Shown piece after piece: positions 1 through 9,471 of a DNA stretch of 64,000 nt. The notes beneath the pieces are model-generated. The model had not been told where the DNA came from and searched no databases. It saw only the letters and a program-made list of their open reading frames with translations. The DNA lies in the NCBI GenBank assembly GCA_050246315.1, contig JBFWWG010000002.1, positions 300,811 through 364,810 of the forward strand, written 5' to 3'. Position numbers and translations under genes: made by a program. The stretch comes from Nitrospiraceae bacterium (GTDB lineage Bacteria; Nitrospirota; Nitrospiria; Nitrospirales; Nitrospiraceae). Numbering within the stretch: position 1 is the stretch's first letter; the number at the start of each line of letters is the position of its first letter.

Positions 1-109
1 CGGTTATGATCGTGAGACCGATCGGCAACGATTCACTATCACGGAATCGGGGTTGGTGGTCATCTCCAAAGGAATGAAGGTGCATGGCCCCGTCGATTCA
101 TCCGGCTGA
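1..109 (+). CDS. glgC: Glucose-1-phosphate adenylyltransferase, 3' end (partial)
   Basis: Frame from nt 2 reads GYDRETDRQRFTITESGLVVISKGMKVHGPVDSSG*, matching the GlgC C-terminal IGYD..D..RFTVTESG.VV..KG pattern; stop at 107-109. Confidence 0.75.
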   Translation, partial: GYDRETDRQRFTITESGLVVISKGMKVHGPVDSSG

Positions 110-1946
110 CCTGCTCTCAACCCTCCGGCACAAGCATCTGACGCCTGCCATCGTCTTTCTAACCTCGCGACGCGCGTGCGACGACGCCATGCAGGCTTTG
201 GCGCAGATACCCTCGCCCGTTCCACCCGAACGACAGGACGCCATCGCGCGGGTCCTCGACGGTGTGACGGCTGAATTTCCCAGCATCGCCGAGCACCCAC
301 TGCGCGACACGGTCCAACGAACCGGCGTCGCCGCGCACCATGCCGGCCATCTGCCGTCCTGGAAGATCGCGGTCGAAGAGTTGATGCGCCGAGGCTGCCT
401 CGACGCGGTGTTCGCGACCACCACCCTGGCGGCCGGCGTCGATTTCCCCGCCCGCACCGTCGTGATCACGCAGTCGAGCGTCCGGAAGGCCCGCGATTTT
501 ACCGATCTGACCGCGAGCGAGATCCAACAACTGTCCGGACGCGCGGGACGGCGTGGGAAGGATCTGGTGGGGTTCGCCGTCGTGACCCCTTCCCCCTACA
601 TCGACCTTCGCCATATCGCCAAGGGCCTCACGGGGCATCCGGAACCGATCGACAGCCAATTCGTAATCACCTATCCGATGGTCCTCAACCTCCTGAAGGC
701 CCATCCGCTCGATCATATCCAGGCCATCCTCGCCAAAAGTTTTGCGCAGTTTCAACTCGATCAACGGGCCGAGCGGCTCCAGGAAAAACTCGATACGTTG
801 GAAGCGCAGATGGCCCCCTACGGACCGCGAGAGTGCACCGACTGGATCACCCAATGGAACCACTTCGACCTGGCCCGGCGCCGGAAGCCCCACAGGCCCT
901 CCGTCCATCGGCAAGATCCGCCCGAGATCGCGGCGCGCCTCTCGTTTGTCACACCCGGCCGTCTGGTAAGTCTCGGGAAAACCCGCGCGATCGTGCTGCG
1001 CGAGTATCGCAGCCGAGGACAACGCAGCCCCATGCTCACCGTGTTGCGGAACGAAGGCTCCATTACCGAGATCCCGGTCACCTTTGTCACCGAGGTGCTC
1101 GATCGAACCTTCGAGGTCAAGGAGACACGCGCCTTTCCCTGGACCACCCCCGAGTCCCTGCACCGACTGGTCGAGGAACTCACGGAGTTGCCTGCCCGCG
1201 TGCCGGCGCTGCCGATCCTCGTCACCGAGCAAAGAGATCAGATTCCCGATGAATTGATCGCACAAACGTTGGATGATTTCCCCTGCCCAACCTGTCCGTC
1301 CCGCCAGGCCTGCCAGAAGGATCAACCGGCGGCGCTCAAGCAGCGGCAAGAGATCGGTAGGACGACCAAGGCCATTCAAGCGCTCCGCACGAGCCTCTGG
1401 CACCGATTCCAAGAAAAGGTGGAGGTGCTCCAGCAGTTGGGATATCTATCGGCGACGGCGCAATTGACCGCCGACGGCGAATGGGCGCGATTGATCAGGA
1501 TCGATCACTCCCTCTTGATCACCGAGCTGATCCGAGCCGAGGCCTTCTCCGCCATCGAGCCGGCCTTGCTCGCGGCGGTCATGGCCAGCATCGCCCACGA
1601 TGACGACCGACCCGGCGCTTTTCCTCGCGCTACGGCGGGACTCAGCACCGTGCTGAATCAGGTTCGGCGACTGGCGCATGAATTGGCCGCCTTCGACGAA
1701 CCGCCGCTGCTCCGAGGCGATATCGCGGCACTGACGGAACGGTGGGTGGGCGACTCGGCCCTCACCTGGATCGGCCTTTGCCGCACGACCACCATGGCAG
1801 AAGGAGACATGTATCGACTCTTTGCGCGCACCTTGGAATATCTGTCTCAGATCGAGAGCCTGCGGTCATCTCACCCAAGCCTGGCTGATACAGCAGCCCG
1901 AGCCATTACCAACCTCCGGCGCGGCGTGCTCGAGGAACTACCTTGA
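84..1946 (+). CDS. Ski2/HelY-like SF2 helicase, C-terminal half (RecA2 domain + DSHCT)
   Basis: PAIVFLTSRRAC, AAHHAGHLP, FATTTLAAGVDFPARTVV, QLSGRAGRRGKD (motifs IV-VI); C-terminal EGDMYRLFARTLEYLSQI; no Walker A/B. Confidence 0.9.
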   Translation: MAPSIHPADLLSTLRHKHLTPAIVFLTSRRACDDAMQALAQIPSPVPPERQDAIARVLDGVTAEFPSIAEHPLRDTVQRTGVAAHHAGHLPSWKIAVEELMRRGCLDAVFATTTLAAGVDFPARTVVITQSSVRKARDFTDLTASEIQQLSGRAGRRGKDLVGFAVVTPSPYIDLRHIAKGLTGHPEPIDSQFVITYPMVLNLLKAHPLDHIQAILAKSFAQFQLDQRAERLQEKLDTLEAQMAPYGPRECTDWITQWNHFDLARRRKPHRPSVHRQDPPEIAARLSFVTPGRLVSLGKTRAIVLREYRSRGQRSPMLTVLRNEGSITEIPVTFVTEVLDRTFEVKETRAFPWTTPESLHRLVEELTELPARVPALPILVTEQRDQIPDELIAQTLDDFPCPTCPSRQACQKDQPAALKQRQEIGRTTKAIQALRTSLWHRFQEKVEVLQQLGYLSATAQLTADGEWARLIRIDHSLLITELIRAEAFSAIEPALLAAVMASIAHDDDRPGAFPRATAGLSTVLNQVRRLAHELAAFDEPPLLRGDIAALTERWVGDSALTWIGLCRTTTMAEGDMYRLFARTLEYLSQIESLRSSHPSLADTAARAITNLRRGVLEELP

Positions 1947-1954
1947 GCTGCCAA

Positions 1955-2023
1955 GGACTGAGGACTGCGGACTCGGGACCGAGCGGGGTCCTCTCTCGGT
2001 CCTCAGCACTCAGCACTCAGCAC
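1955..2023. repeat. Inverted array of 7-bp tandem repeats (hairpin-forming intergenic element)
   Basis: ggactga-ggactgc-ggactcg-ggaccga-g ... ctcggtc-ctcagca-ctcagca-ctcagca. Confidence 0.75.
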
Positions 2024-2031
2024 CTCCAACC

Positions 2032-3096
2032 ATGACAACCGAGGAACTCGAACAACTCATGGTGCAGCAACCGTTGGGCTTGTTGCATCGCCTGGCCCGT
2101 GGACGGGTTCCCCGCCATTTCCGCATGGGCAAGCGACGGCTAATCGAAATCCTCCTCAGACAGTCGGCAGACAATCGGCTCGGGTTCGAATCGGACCTGC
2201 TGGCCCTCATCGGCGACCGCGCCCAACGGGACCGGCAATCACATCCCGGCCCGCCCCATGCACGGCCGGCCGCGCCGACGTACCCAGGGCGAGCGGCAGA
2301 ATCGAAAACCCAAGGCCACGATCCCGAGCCGCGCGAGCCTGGCGTGTCGCTCGCTGCGTTTTTGGACGGAATCGGGGTTCCGGAGCCGGGTCCCTTCGTG
2401 CCGGATCCTTGGCAACTGGAGGCGCTGGACGCGCTGGTCCAGACCGACGTCATCGTCAGCGTCCCCACCGGAAGCGGCAAGACCTATGTGGCGGTCGAAG
2501 CCGCGCGTCGCGCGATCGAGGCCAACCGCACGGTCATCTACACCTCGCCGCTGAAGGCGCTCTCAAACACGAAGTTTACGGAGTTTTCCAGAATTTTTGG
2601 GCCGGACCAGGTCGGGATCCTGACAGGAGATCGGCGGGACAATGCGCAGGCCCCGCTGCTTATCATGACGACGGAAATCCTACGGAACCTGCTCTACGAT
2701 GCGGCCGGCGGGGAGATCGATCTTCGTCTCGACCAACTGGGCCTGGTGATCCTCGACGAGTCACAGTACCTGGCCGATCCTGAGCGAGGCGTCGTGTGGG
2801 AAGAAACCATCATCTTCTGTCCGGCACAAGCCAGATTGCTGTTGCTCTCGGCCTCGATCGGCAATCCGCAGGACATCGCCGATTGGCTGACGCACATTCG
2901 CCCGTCGCCTTGCCGACTGGTGAAGCATGCGCGCCGGTCCGTCCCCTTGCGCGCCGGCTATCTCCACCCCAACGGCAAATTGACCCCGTTGTTCCGCACC
3001 GTGGGGATTCCTCCGGGACACGGCCATCACCTGCACCCCGAGACCCTTCGCCTATTCCAACAGTACGAACAGGAGACGATCGGACATCGCGGTTGA
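2032..3096 (+). CDS. Ski2/HelY-like SF2 helicase, N-terminal half (RecA1/DEAD domain)
   Basis: PDPWQ (Q motif), PTGSGKT (Walker A), YTSPLKALSN, LTGD, MTTEILRNLLY, LDESQY (Walker B variant), LLSAS, RSVPL; ATG at 2032. Confidence 0.9.
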   Translation: MTTEELEQLMVQQPLGLLHRLARGRVPRHFRMGKRRLIEILLRQSADNRLGFESDLLALIGDRAQRDRQSHPGPPHARPAAPTYPGRAAESKTQGHDPEPREPGVSLAAFLDGIGVPEPGPFVPDPWQLEALDALVQTDVIVSVPTGSGKTYVAVEAARRAIEANRTVIYTSPLKALSNTKFTEFSRIFGPDQVGILTGDRRDNAQAPLLIMTTEILRNLLYDAAGGEIDLRLDQLGLVILDESQYLADPERGVVWEETIIFCPAQARLLLLSASIGNPQDIADWLTHIRPSPCRLVKHARRSVPLRAGYLHPNGKLTPLFRTVGIPPGHGHHLHPETLRLFQQYEQETIGHRG

Positions 3097-3097
3097 G

Positions 3098-3199
3098 CGT
3101 CACTTCGTCGAACGGCAAGCGTCAATCGTCAGAGCATAGGTCGTCCGCGCTGCTCACATCTTCGGTTCCTCAAACCCTCGACGGATGACGCCTGACGAC
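3098..3199. repeat. Degenerate inverted heptamer repeat array between convergent genes
   Basis: cgtca/cgtcg units at about 7-bp period (3098-3131) mirrored by cgacg/tgacg units (3179-3199). Confidence 0.5.
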
Positions 3200-3232
3200 A
3201 ATTCGAAGCGGCCCGGCTCTTTCACCGGCCGG

Positions 3233-4267
3233 CTAGAATAGGTAGCGCAGGCCGAACGTCACGCCCTGACGGCTGGTTCGGAATTGCGTCAAGGGAACGG
3301 TGACGCCGCCACCGCCGACCGGAAAATTCTCCCACTCGCCGTCCAGAGTTCGGTTCCACCAAAATCGATACCCCACGTCGAAGAACAACCGTGAGAGGAG
3401 TTGTACGCTGGCGCCGCCTTCGAGCTGCGCACCGATCCCCCACCCGGTCATGCGGAAGCTGGGGTTCTGCTGAAGATCCGTCCGCAACTGATGCACGTCT
3501 TCGTCGGTCAGCCAGGTGATGGGCAAGAAGGCCGCACGCCCCGTCACGCTTACCCGCCGATGCAGTCGGATCTCCGTGTCGAGCCCGAGTTCAATCGATC
3601 GCCAGATCTGTGTGTTCGTGATCACGGTCTCGCCGGCATTCGACACGGTGCCGGCCGGATTGCATTGAATCGGAGACGGCGCCAGCGCCGTGCATTCAAG
3701 CTGCGTGACTCCGGTCGCCTGGTGCCGTTGCGTCCAATATTGAAAGCCGGCGAACAGATCCAGTCGGCCACGACGTCTGGGAAAGGTCCAGGCCCGGCCA
3801 CCGACCTCACCCTGCACGTACCAACTCTGGCTCCCTTCCACGTTGCTGAATGTGCGTGAAAATCGATGCGCCCCGGACACGGTCGTGCCGAACGATGCCG
3901 CTCCTTCTGCGCTCACGAAATCGTCATCCACCAGCCTCCCACCGCCGATGTCGGCGAATCCGAACGCCGCTCTCGCGAACCACCGCTCTCGCAGGGTGGC
4001 CTTGGCGGACAGCTCGACGAAGTTCGCAGCGACATCCTTATAGTCGAGCGTGGACGAGGGATTGCCGAGCGCGGAACTGACGCCTGAGGCATTGTGACTC
4101 CAAGTCGTGTTGCCGGTCGTGATCCAGGCTGACAAGCCGACATCGAACCGGAGCGGGCGAGTTGGTGTTCCGTTGCCCGGCGGAGCAGCAGCATGCGCCT
4201 GAAGCCCATGAAGCACCAAGAGGCAGGCGACCGTGGCAACTGTGTGTAGCAGCCTTTGCATCGCCAT
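3233..4267 (-). CDS. Outer-membrane beta-barrel protein, omptin-like
   Basis: Signal peptide (AHA-A), S.L.Y and G...D.DF omptin-like segments, amphipathic strands, C-terminal beta-signal GVTFGLRYLF. Confidence 0.6.
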   Translation of the reverse strand: MAMQRLLHTVATVACLLVLHGLQAHAAAPPGNGTPTRPLRFDVGLSAWITTGNTTWSHNASGVSSALGNPSSTLDYKDVAANFVELSAKATLRERWFARAAFGFADIGGGRLVDDDFVSAEGAASFGTTVSGAHRFSRTFSNVEGSQSWYVQGEVGGRAWTFPRRRGRLDLFAGFQYWTQRHQATGVTQLECTALAPSPIQCNPAGTVSNAGETVITNTQIWRSIELGLDTEIRLHRRVSVTGRAAFLPITWLTDEDVHQLRTDLQQNPSFRMTGWGIGAQLEGGASVQLLSRLFFDVGYRFWWNRTLDGEWENFPVGGGGVTVPLTQFRTSRQGVTFGLRYLF

Positions 4268-4531
4268 GGGTGTCAGGCAACAACTTTTCCCAACCCGCAT
4301 GATTCATGAATGCTCTGCCTGCAACCGCCGCGCGACCCGTTGCAGAACGGAGCAATCGGTCCGGCGATCGACACCCTAAGGTCCTCGTTGCTCGGAGTAT
4401 GCGGCGGGTGAAACGTCACACAGTGTCGTGAGCCATACGGACTTCGGACACACACTCGATGGGAAGAAACTGCGGAGGAATGGCCGCACCGTCGCGCACC
4501 GATCGACTTCAATCGAATCGTCCGGAGGCCC

Positions 4532-4828
4532 TCATCTGACTCCACCGCGTTGGATGATCACGGTATCGGCGCAGCGTTCCATGTTATCCGGCATGATGCG
4601 TGCGCAGGCCGCTCGAATGTCCTTCATCATCCTGTCGTGGTCCAGATACTGCGCAAACCAGACCAGCCACGTTCCTGCGGCCGTCAGCACCAGAAGCGCG
4701 AGTCCTGCATAGGTCAATCGCGCCAGGCTGCATGCCGATCCCCGCATCGGAACCGATCCGGCATCCTCAGCGCTCCTGCCCTCATTCGGTCCGTCTTGTC
4801 GAACGATTGGCATCACGGGTCTCACCAT
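4532..4828 (-). CDS. Small single-pass membrane protein with C-x10-C
   Basis: 98-aa ORF, RBS-like GGAG upstream, one TM helix. Confidence 0.5.
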   Translation of the reverse strand: MVRPVMPIVRQDGPNEGRSAEDAGSVPMRGSACSLARLTYAGLALLVLTAAGTWLVWFAQYLDHDRMMKDIRAACARIMPDNMERCADTVIIQRGGVR

Positions 4829-5180
4829 TTGCGTTCTCCGGTCGATCCTACCTCACAATGAGGAGTTCCCCTACCATCTCTCATTTTCAGACAGACTCAC
4901 CTCCCTTCGCTCCTTGCTCTTCACTCATCCTTGCTCTCCATTCAATGGATCTACTGTCACAGTTTTGACGACAGTCATTGAAGGGCGATCACTACATTTC
5001 TACAGCCGATGTACAAACGTATCGATTGAGGTCGAATCGAAATACTCCAATAACTCAGTGAGTCCTGTGAAAATTGGAACGCACATCGATTGAATATGAC
5101 TGGCATGTGAATTGCTGTCCATCACGCAGCACTTACCGCATATCACTCACAGCCAGTTTCACTCTACAAGAGGTCCCATC

Positions 5181-6920
5181 ATGGACTGGGGTCGATTTGA
5201 CCGGACAAACATGCTGCTTGAGGCTCAATGGTCCTATGAAGGTTGGCGCCGGTTGCTCCTACTCTTCTCGGTAGCATTCGGAACTCAGATCTTGGTCATA
5301 CCAGAGAGCTTCGCCTTATCGGTGAATCCCTCCCAAATGACATTTACGGCCACAGCGGGAGCCGGTGCGCCGGCCAATCAGACTCTCTCGCTGACCAATT
5401 CGAGTTCCGGCGAATATCAATGTGAATCAAGCGCATCATGGTTGACGCTCTCTACCAATTACGGGACGTTCTCGGGGGGATCCGCTCAAATATCTGTATC
5501 TGCCAACACGTCTGGGATGTCGGCGGGGATTTACACCGCGACGGTTCAATTTTGGATCTGGGGCGGAAGCGATCCGAACACCTATACGCCCGCCGTGACC
5601 GTCACGCTGAACCTGACGACAGGCGGCGGAGGTGGCGGTGGCGGCGGAGGTGGCGGTGGAACCGGCCCCAGCATTGCGCTCTCACCCACGTCCCTGTCTT
5701 TCGCTGGAACAGCCGGGGGAAGCAATCCGGCGGCTAAGACGGTTTCTCTCACCAATCCAGGAGGCAGCACGTTATCAACGACCTGGGCCTCAAGCGATGG
5801 ATGGCTCGTGCTGAACAGATCGACACATTCGACCAGAACGGAAACCGATACGGTGACGGTGACTGCGAACATATCTGGCCTAGGAGCTGGTACGTATCAG
5901 TCAATCATTACGATATCCGGAAATGCCTCGAACAGCCCACAGCAGATCCCCGTGACGCTCACGGTGGCTCAGCCAGGAGGAGGAGGCGGCGGCTCCAACC
6001 CGGTCTTGAGCGTCAATCCCTCAAGCCTGACCATCAATGTGCCGGCCTGGTCATTGGACCAGGTGACTCAGTACATCAATATCTCGAACACAGGCGGCGG
6101 GACGCTCAATTGGAGTGTCTCTGATCCGGTGGATTGGCTATGGAAAGATGTCGACAGTGGGAACGGCAACTATGCGCTTAAGATCGACGTGTTCCCGGAC
6201 TATTTCGGCGGCGCGCCCGGCACCTATACTACGTCCGTGACCGTCACCTCGTCCGGCGCTTCCGGTTCACCCAAAACCATCCCGGTGACGCTGAATATCG
6301 GATCAACCTCTGGAGGAGGTGGCGGCGGAGGTGGTGGAGGTGGTGGCTCCAGCCCGGTTTTGAGCGTCAGTCCCTCAAGCCTGACGTTCAATCTCCCGGA
6401 ATGGTCCTGGGACTCGGCCACGCAATACATCAACATCTCGAATACCGGCGGCGGGACCCTCACCTGGACGGCGAGCGATCCGGTCGATTGGTTGATTAAG
6501 AGCGTCGATGGCGGGACCGGAAATGGGAGCCTGCAGATCGATGTGTACCCCGGCTATTTCGAGGGAGTGCCAGGCACCTACAAGACCAACGTCACGATCA
6601 GCGCCTCCGGCGCCTCCGGTTCGCCGAAAACGATTCCGGTCACCATGAATATCGGAGGAGGTTCGGGAGGTGGTGGAGGAGGCGGGTCTGCCAGCGTGAC
6701 CTTGACCTGGAATGCCAACGGTGAATCCGACCTGCAAGGGTACAGAGTTTACTATGGAACCTCTTCGAGGAACTACAGCACGAACACGGACGTCGGGAAG
6801 GTGACGTCCTACACCGTCAGCGGGCTCTCCACCGGAGCCACCTACTACTTCGCGATTACGGCGTTGGATACGTCCGGCAACGAAAGCAGCTTTTCGAGCG
6901 AAGTCTCGGCCTCCCGCTAG
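5181..6920 (+). CDS. Secreted surface protein: four BACON/Ig-like repeats, poly-Gly linkers, C-terminal fibronectin type III domain
   Basis: Repeated LSV.PSSL.F...ISNTGGGTL.W....WL...GTY...VT..IPVT units; FnIII LTWNANGESDLQGYRVYYG...YYFAITALDTSGNES; start uncertain. Confidence 0.85.
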   Translation: MDWGRFDRTNMLLEAQWSYEGWRRLLLLFSVAFGTQILVIPESFALSVNPSQMTFTATAGAGAPANQTLSLTNSSSGEYQCESSASWLTLSTNYGTFSGGSAQISVSANTSGMSAGIYTATVQFWIWGGSDPNTYTPAVTVTLNLTTGGGGGGGGGGGGGTGPSIALSPTSLSFAGTAGGSNPAAKTVSLTNPGGSTLSTTWASSDGWLVLNRSTHSTRTETDTVTVTANISGLGAGTYQSIITISGNASNSPQQIPVTLTVAQPGGGGGGSNPVLSVNPSSLTINVPAWSLDQVTQYINISNTGGGTLNWSVSDPVDWLWKDVDSGNGNYALKIDVFPDYFGGAPGTYTTSVTVTSSGASGSPKTIPVTLNIGSTSGGGGGGGGGGGGSSPVLSVSPSSLTFNLPEWSWDSATQYINISNTGGGTLTWTASDPVDWLIKSVDGGTGNGSLQIDVYPGYFEGVPGTYKTNVTISASGASGSPKTIPVTMNIGGGSGGGGGGGSASVTLTWNANGESDLQGYRVYYGTSSRNYSTNTDVGKVTSYTVSGLSTGATYYFAITALDTSGNESSFSSEVSASR

Positions 6921-7148
6921 TGCGGTGCCCTCGGAGGGTGAGAACAGCCGTTCTCACCCTCCGTTCAAGCGCTCACGCTTATCCATGCGCCCTGTCCGAC
7001 CGTGCCTTCAGCGTGATCTGCTCAGGAACAAATTCTGGTGCCGCCTCGCTCACACCCCAGCCTGACAGCTCGAACACACGGAGGCCTGGTACTGCCCTCG
7101 CTGTCAGATGCACCGATACCAGTAGGCAAGCGGATACGGTGTCCACGC

Positions 7149-7178
7149 TTGACCCTCTCTCCCTCAGCACTGTATAAG
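7149..7178 (+). promoter_or_regulatory. Putative sigma70 promoter of tRNA-Arg
   Basis: TTGACC-N18-TATAAG ending 13 bp before the tRNA. Confidence 0.5.
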
Positions 7179-7191
7179 AAACGGCTCTGCT

Positions 7192-7267
7192 GCGCCCGTA
7201 GCTCAATGGATAGAGCACCAGACTACGGATCTGGGGGTTGGGGGTTCAAGTCCCTCCGGGCGCGCCA
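7192..7267 (+). tRNA. tRNA-Arg(ACG)
   Basis: GCGCCCG/CGGGCGC acceptor stem, CCAGA-CT-ACG-GA-TCTGG anticodon arm, GGTTCAAGTCC T-arm, encoded CCA. Confidence 0.97.
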
Positions 7268-7270
7268 CTC

Positions 7271-7301
7271 AGCCTCGCCGCTTCTGTCGCGGGGCTTTCT
7301 T
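7271..7301 (+). terminator. Rho-independent terminator after tRNA-Arg
   Basis: AGCCTCGC...GCGGGGCT stem followed by T-rich tract. Confidence 0.6.
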
Positions 7302-7602
7302 ATTTCCCGTTCTTCCATGCGGTCTTTGATGAAGCAGCCTAGTCATAGCTCAGTGCTGGCGAGTGCTGCCCAGTCATGCTGACTTGTGCCAAAATCGGGT
7401 GGCCGAACACACAGATTACACACGCTCCCGTCGTTAAGGGCATCTCGCACCGCATCCGGACAGTTCGGATATACTTTCCAAAGACCAAGGGTCTCGGGAT
7501 CCATCACATGAGGCAATCTTTTGGTGCAGCCGATACCGGATGAGCCCCAAGCAGACCTTCGAAAGAAGCTCAACATCGGCTTAATCAGTCTGTGGGTCTG
7601 AG

Positions 7603-7658
7603 AGAGCAGCGGATTCCTAAACCGCGGGTCGCACGTTCAATTCGTGTCGGGGGCACCA
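7603..7658 (+). pseudogene. 3' fragment of tRNA-Arg(CCT), probable att remnant
   Basis: agagcagcggattcctaaaccgc...gttcaattc...gggggcacca: anticodon arm, T-arm and CCA present; no 5' acceptor strand or D-arm start upstream. Confidence 0.8.
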
Positions 7659-7863
7659 ATCTTGTCCTCTCTCTGAACGCGTCAATCGCCGCTCTGGAGG
7701 CTCCAATCACGCATTGATCCCCATCCGCACTCTGCCCTCGCAGCTCCGATCATTACCGACACCAACTGACCTCAGCCGACCGCACGGTGGACGATCGGTG
7801 GACACCCCCCTAGCTAGCTCGATCAGGATTCATAGTGGTCGAACCCACTTTGTGCAAATCAGG

Positions 7864-8095
7864 AGAGCACAGCCCTGAAGAGTCCTTCCGTCACTTTGTT
7901 ATTCTCGTTCTCTCCTTCCTTAGCCCTTTCAATTCATTCGTACTTTCCGCAAACGATCTGATCCCTGTCCTCCGTCTGTTTGGGACTTTTTCTGTGGATA
8001 AGTGGGAACTGGTTGCACTTTTGTTGGCACTTTCCAAGATAGGACTTTCGTCTTCGTTAAGGTACGATGGCTCGGGAATCATTTCTTTTCGTGCC
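7864..8095 (+). repeat. att-like arm, copy 1 (homologous to 26937-27170)
   Basis: Shares agagcacagccctgaa.agtcctt and tttttctgtggataagtggga.ctggttg.cacttttgttggcact with copy 2. Confidence 0.85.
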
Positions 8096-8705
8096 GTTCA
8101 TCACCTCTCATCCCGGGCTGCCAGGAGGATGAATCGGTCTTCAGAAGAGTCGAGTTACTCTTAGGGCTCCACACCTGCCCGGAGAATTGTGCATCGAGCG
8201 GAGTCTTCGCAACGTGATTCACGTAGTTGCTCATGATTTTCAGGGCCAGAAGAGTAATGATTTCCAAGATATGTCGCTCGCGATACCCTACCCTGGCGTA
8301 ATGCTCAAGATCTTCCTTCGGCACCCAACCACGATGATACAATATCGACAACACGAGTCCCCGCAGGGCATTCAGTCTCTTGTCTGACAGAGGCTTCTGT
8401 TGCCGCAATTCCTTGAGAATGTGGTCCGGCATCCCGGCCATTTCTGCCAGGGTTGAATGGTCCGCGACGCAATAGGCACAGTCGGTCGTGACGCTGATAG
8501 TCAAGGCCACCACCTGACGTTCGATCGGCGACAACACACTGTCCTGAAGCGCGTCACTCACACCTGTGTAGGCACGGAGGGCCACCGGTGACTCGGATAA
8601 GACGGCGAAGTAATTCGGCACGAAGCCGTATTTCCGCTCGACCTCCTCAAGAATCGGCCGCGAGGCCTGGGGCGCAGTGGAGCTGGTATGAATCCTGAAT
8701 TTCAT
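8079..8705 (-). CDS. AhpD/carboxymuconolactone decarboxylase family protein
   Basis: YGFVPN, ERQVVAL, CAYCVADH, SNYVNH. Confidence 0.9.
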   Translation of the reverse strand: MKFRIHTSSTAPQASRPILEEVERKYGFVPNYFAVLSESPVALRAYTGVSDALQDSVLSPIERQVVALTISVTTDCAYCVADHSTLAEMAGMPDHILKELRQQKPLSDKRLNALRGLVLSILYHRGWVPKEDLEHYARVGYRERHILEIITLLALKIMSNYVNHVAKTPLDAQFSGQVWSPKSNSTLLKTDSSSWQPGMRGDERHEKK

Positions 8706-8829
8706 GTCAGGTCCTTTCGTGAATCAGGAAAAAGAATCGGACTGTCCTCGCTTTCCGCAAGATCCTCCGTTGGGTCCCATCAAAAGCTGATGGTGGCCTC
8801 CTTGCCGGATCGCGGTTTGAACCCGGCCG

Positions 8830-9471
8830 TTAGGTGACTGACCCACAGGGCTGAACTGGTGCCGCCGTTCCCCGTTTGAGCACCCTATTTTCCTCTTCAA
8901 GATCGGCAATGCGGTTCTGGAGCGACGCAACAGTCGCCCTGATGTCTTCCTCGGCAAATCGCCGCTTGATATGTTGCCGGCAATTCATATCCCAGGCTTC
9001 CACTCGGAACCAGACGACCCGCTCTGGGCGTCCAGAGTAGGACGGGTCAGCGAGAGACTTCAGTAGGGCGGGGTCCTTCTCGACGACCTCAGCAGTGCCC
9101 CAGATCTTGATACGTGTTTGCGTGCCGTAATCCATAAGAAATATGAAGGCCTTGTTGTTTTCTGCGAGATTCCCGACGGTGATGTACTGTCGGTTCCCGC
9201 TGAAGTCGGCAAGAGCGAGCGTCCGTTCATCAAGCACCTTGAGAAATCCTCTGGGTCCGCCTCGGTGCTGAATATAGGGCTGTCCGTTGCGACCCGCGGT
9301 CGCAAGATAGAATGAATCGCGCTCCGCAATGAAGTCGGCCAGATCGTCCGTGATCAGGGCTTGCCACCCACCTCGTTGCTCCATGCGGGCGTAATGCTTG
9401 CGCGACCCCATCCGTTCTTGCACGGCTTTGACCGACGGCGTAAAGGCAATGTCGCTGATGGGCGGTGTCAT
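8830..9471 (-). CDS. Pyridoxamine 5'-phosphate oxidase-like FMN-binding protein
   Basis: DSFYLAT, PYIQHRGGPRGFLKV, ADFSGNRQY, WDMNCRQHI. Confidence 0.9.
   Translation of the reverse strand: MTPPISDIAFTPSVKAVQERMGSRKHYARMEQRGGWQALITDDLADFIAERDSFYLATAGRNGQPYIQHRGGPRGFLKVLDERTLALADFSGNRQYITVGNLAENNKAFIFLMDYGTQTRIKIWGTAEVVEKDPALLKSLADPSYSGRPERVVWFRVEAWDMNCRQHIKRRFAEEDIRATVASLQNRIADLEEENRVLKRGTAAPVQPCGSVT

Noticed and set aside
159..1412. 417-aa antisense ORF and the many similar shadow ORFs
   Set aside because: Opposite well-supported genes in GC-rich DNA; no motifs
1822..2031. Upstream extension of the helicase N-half ORF
   Set aside because: It runs through the heptamer repeat and overlaps the previous gene; ATG 2032 is more plausible
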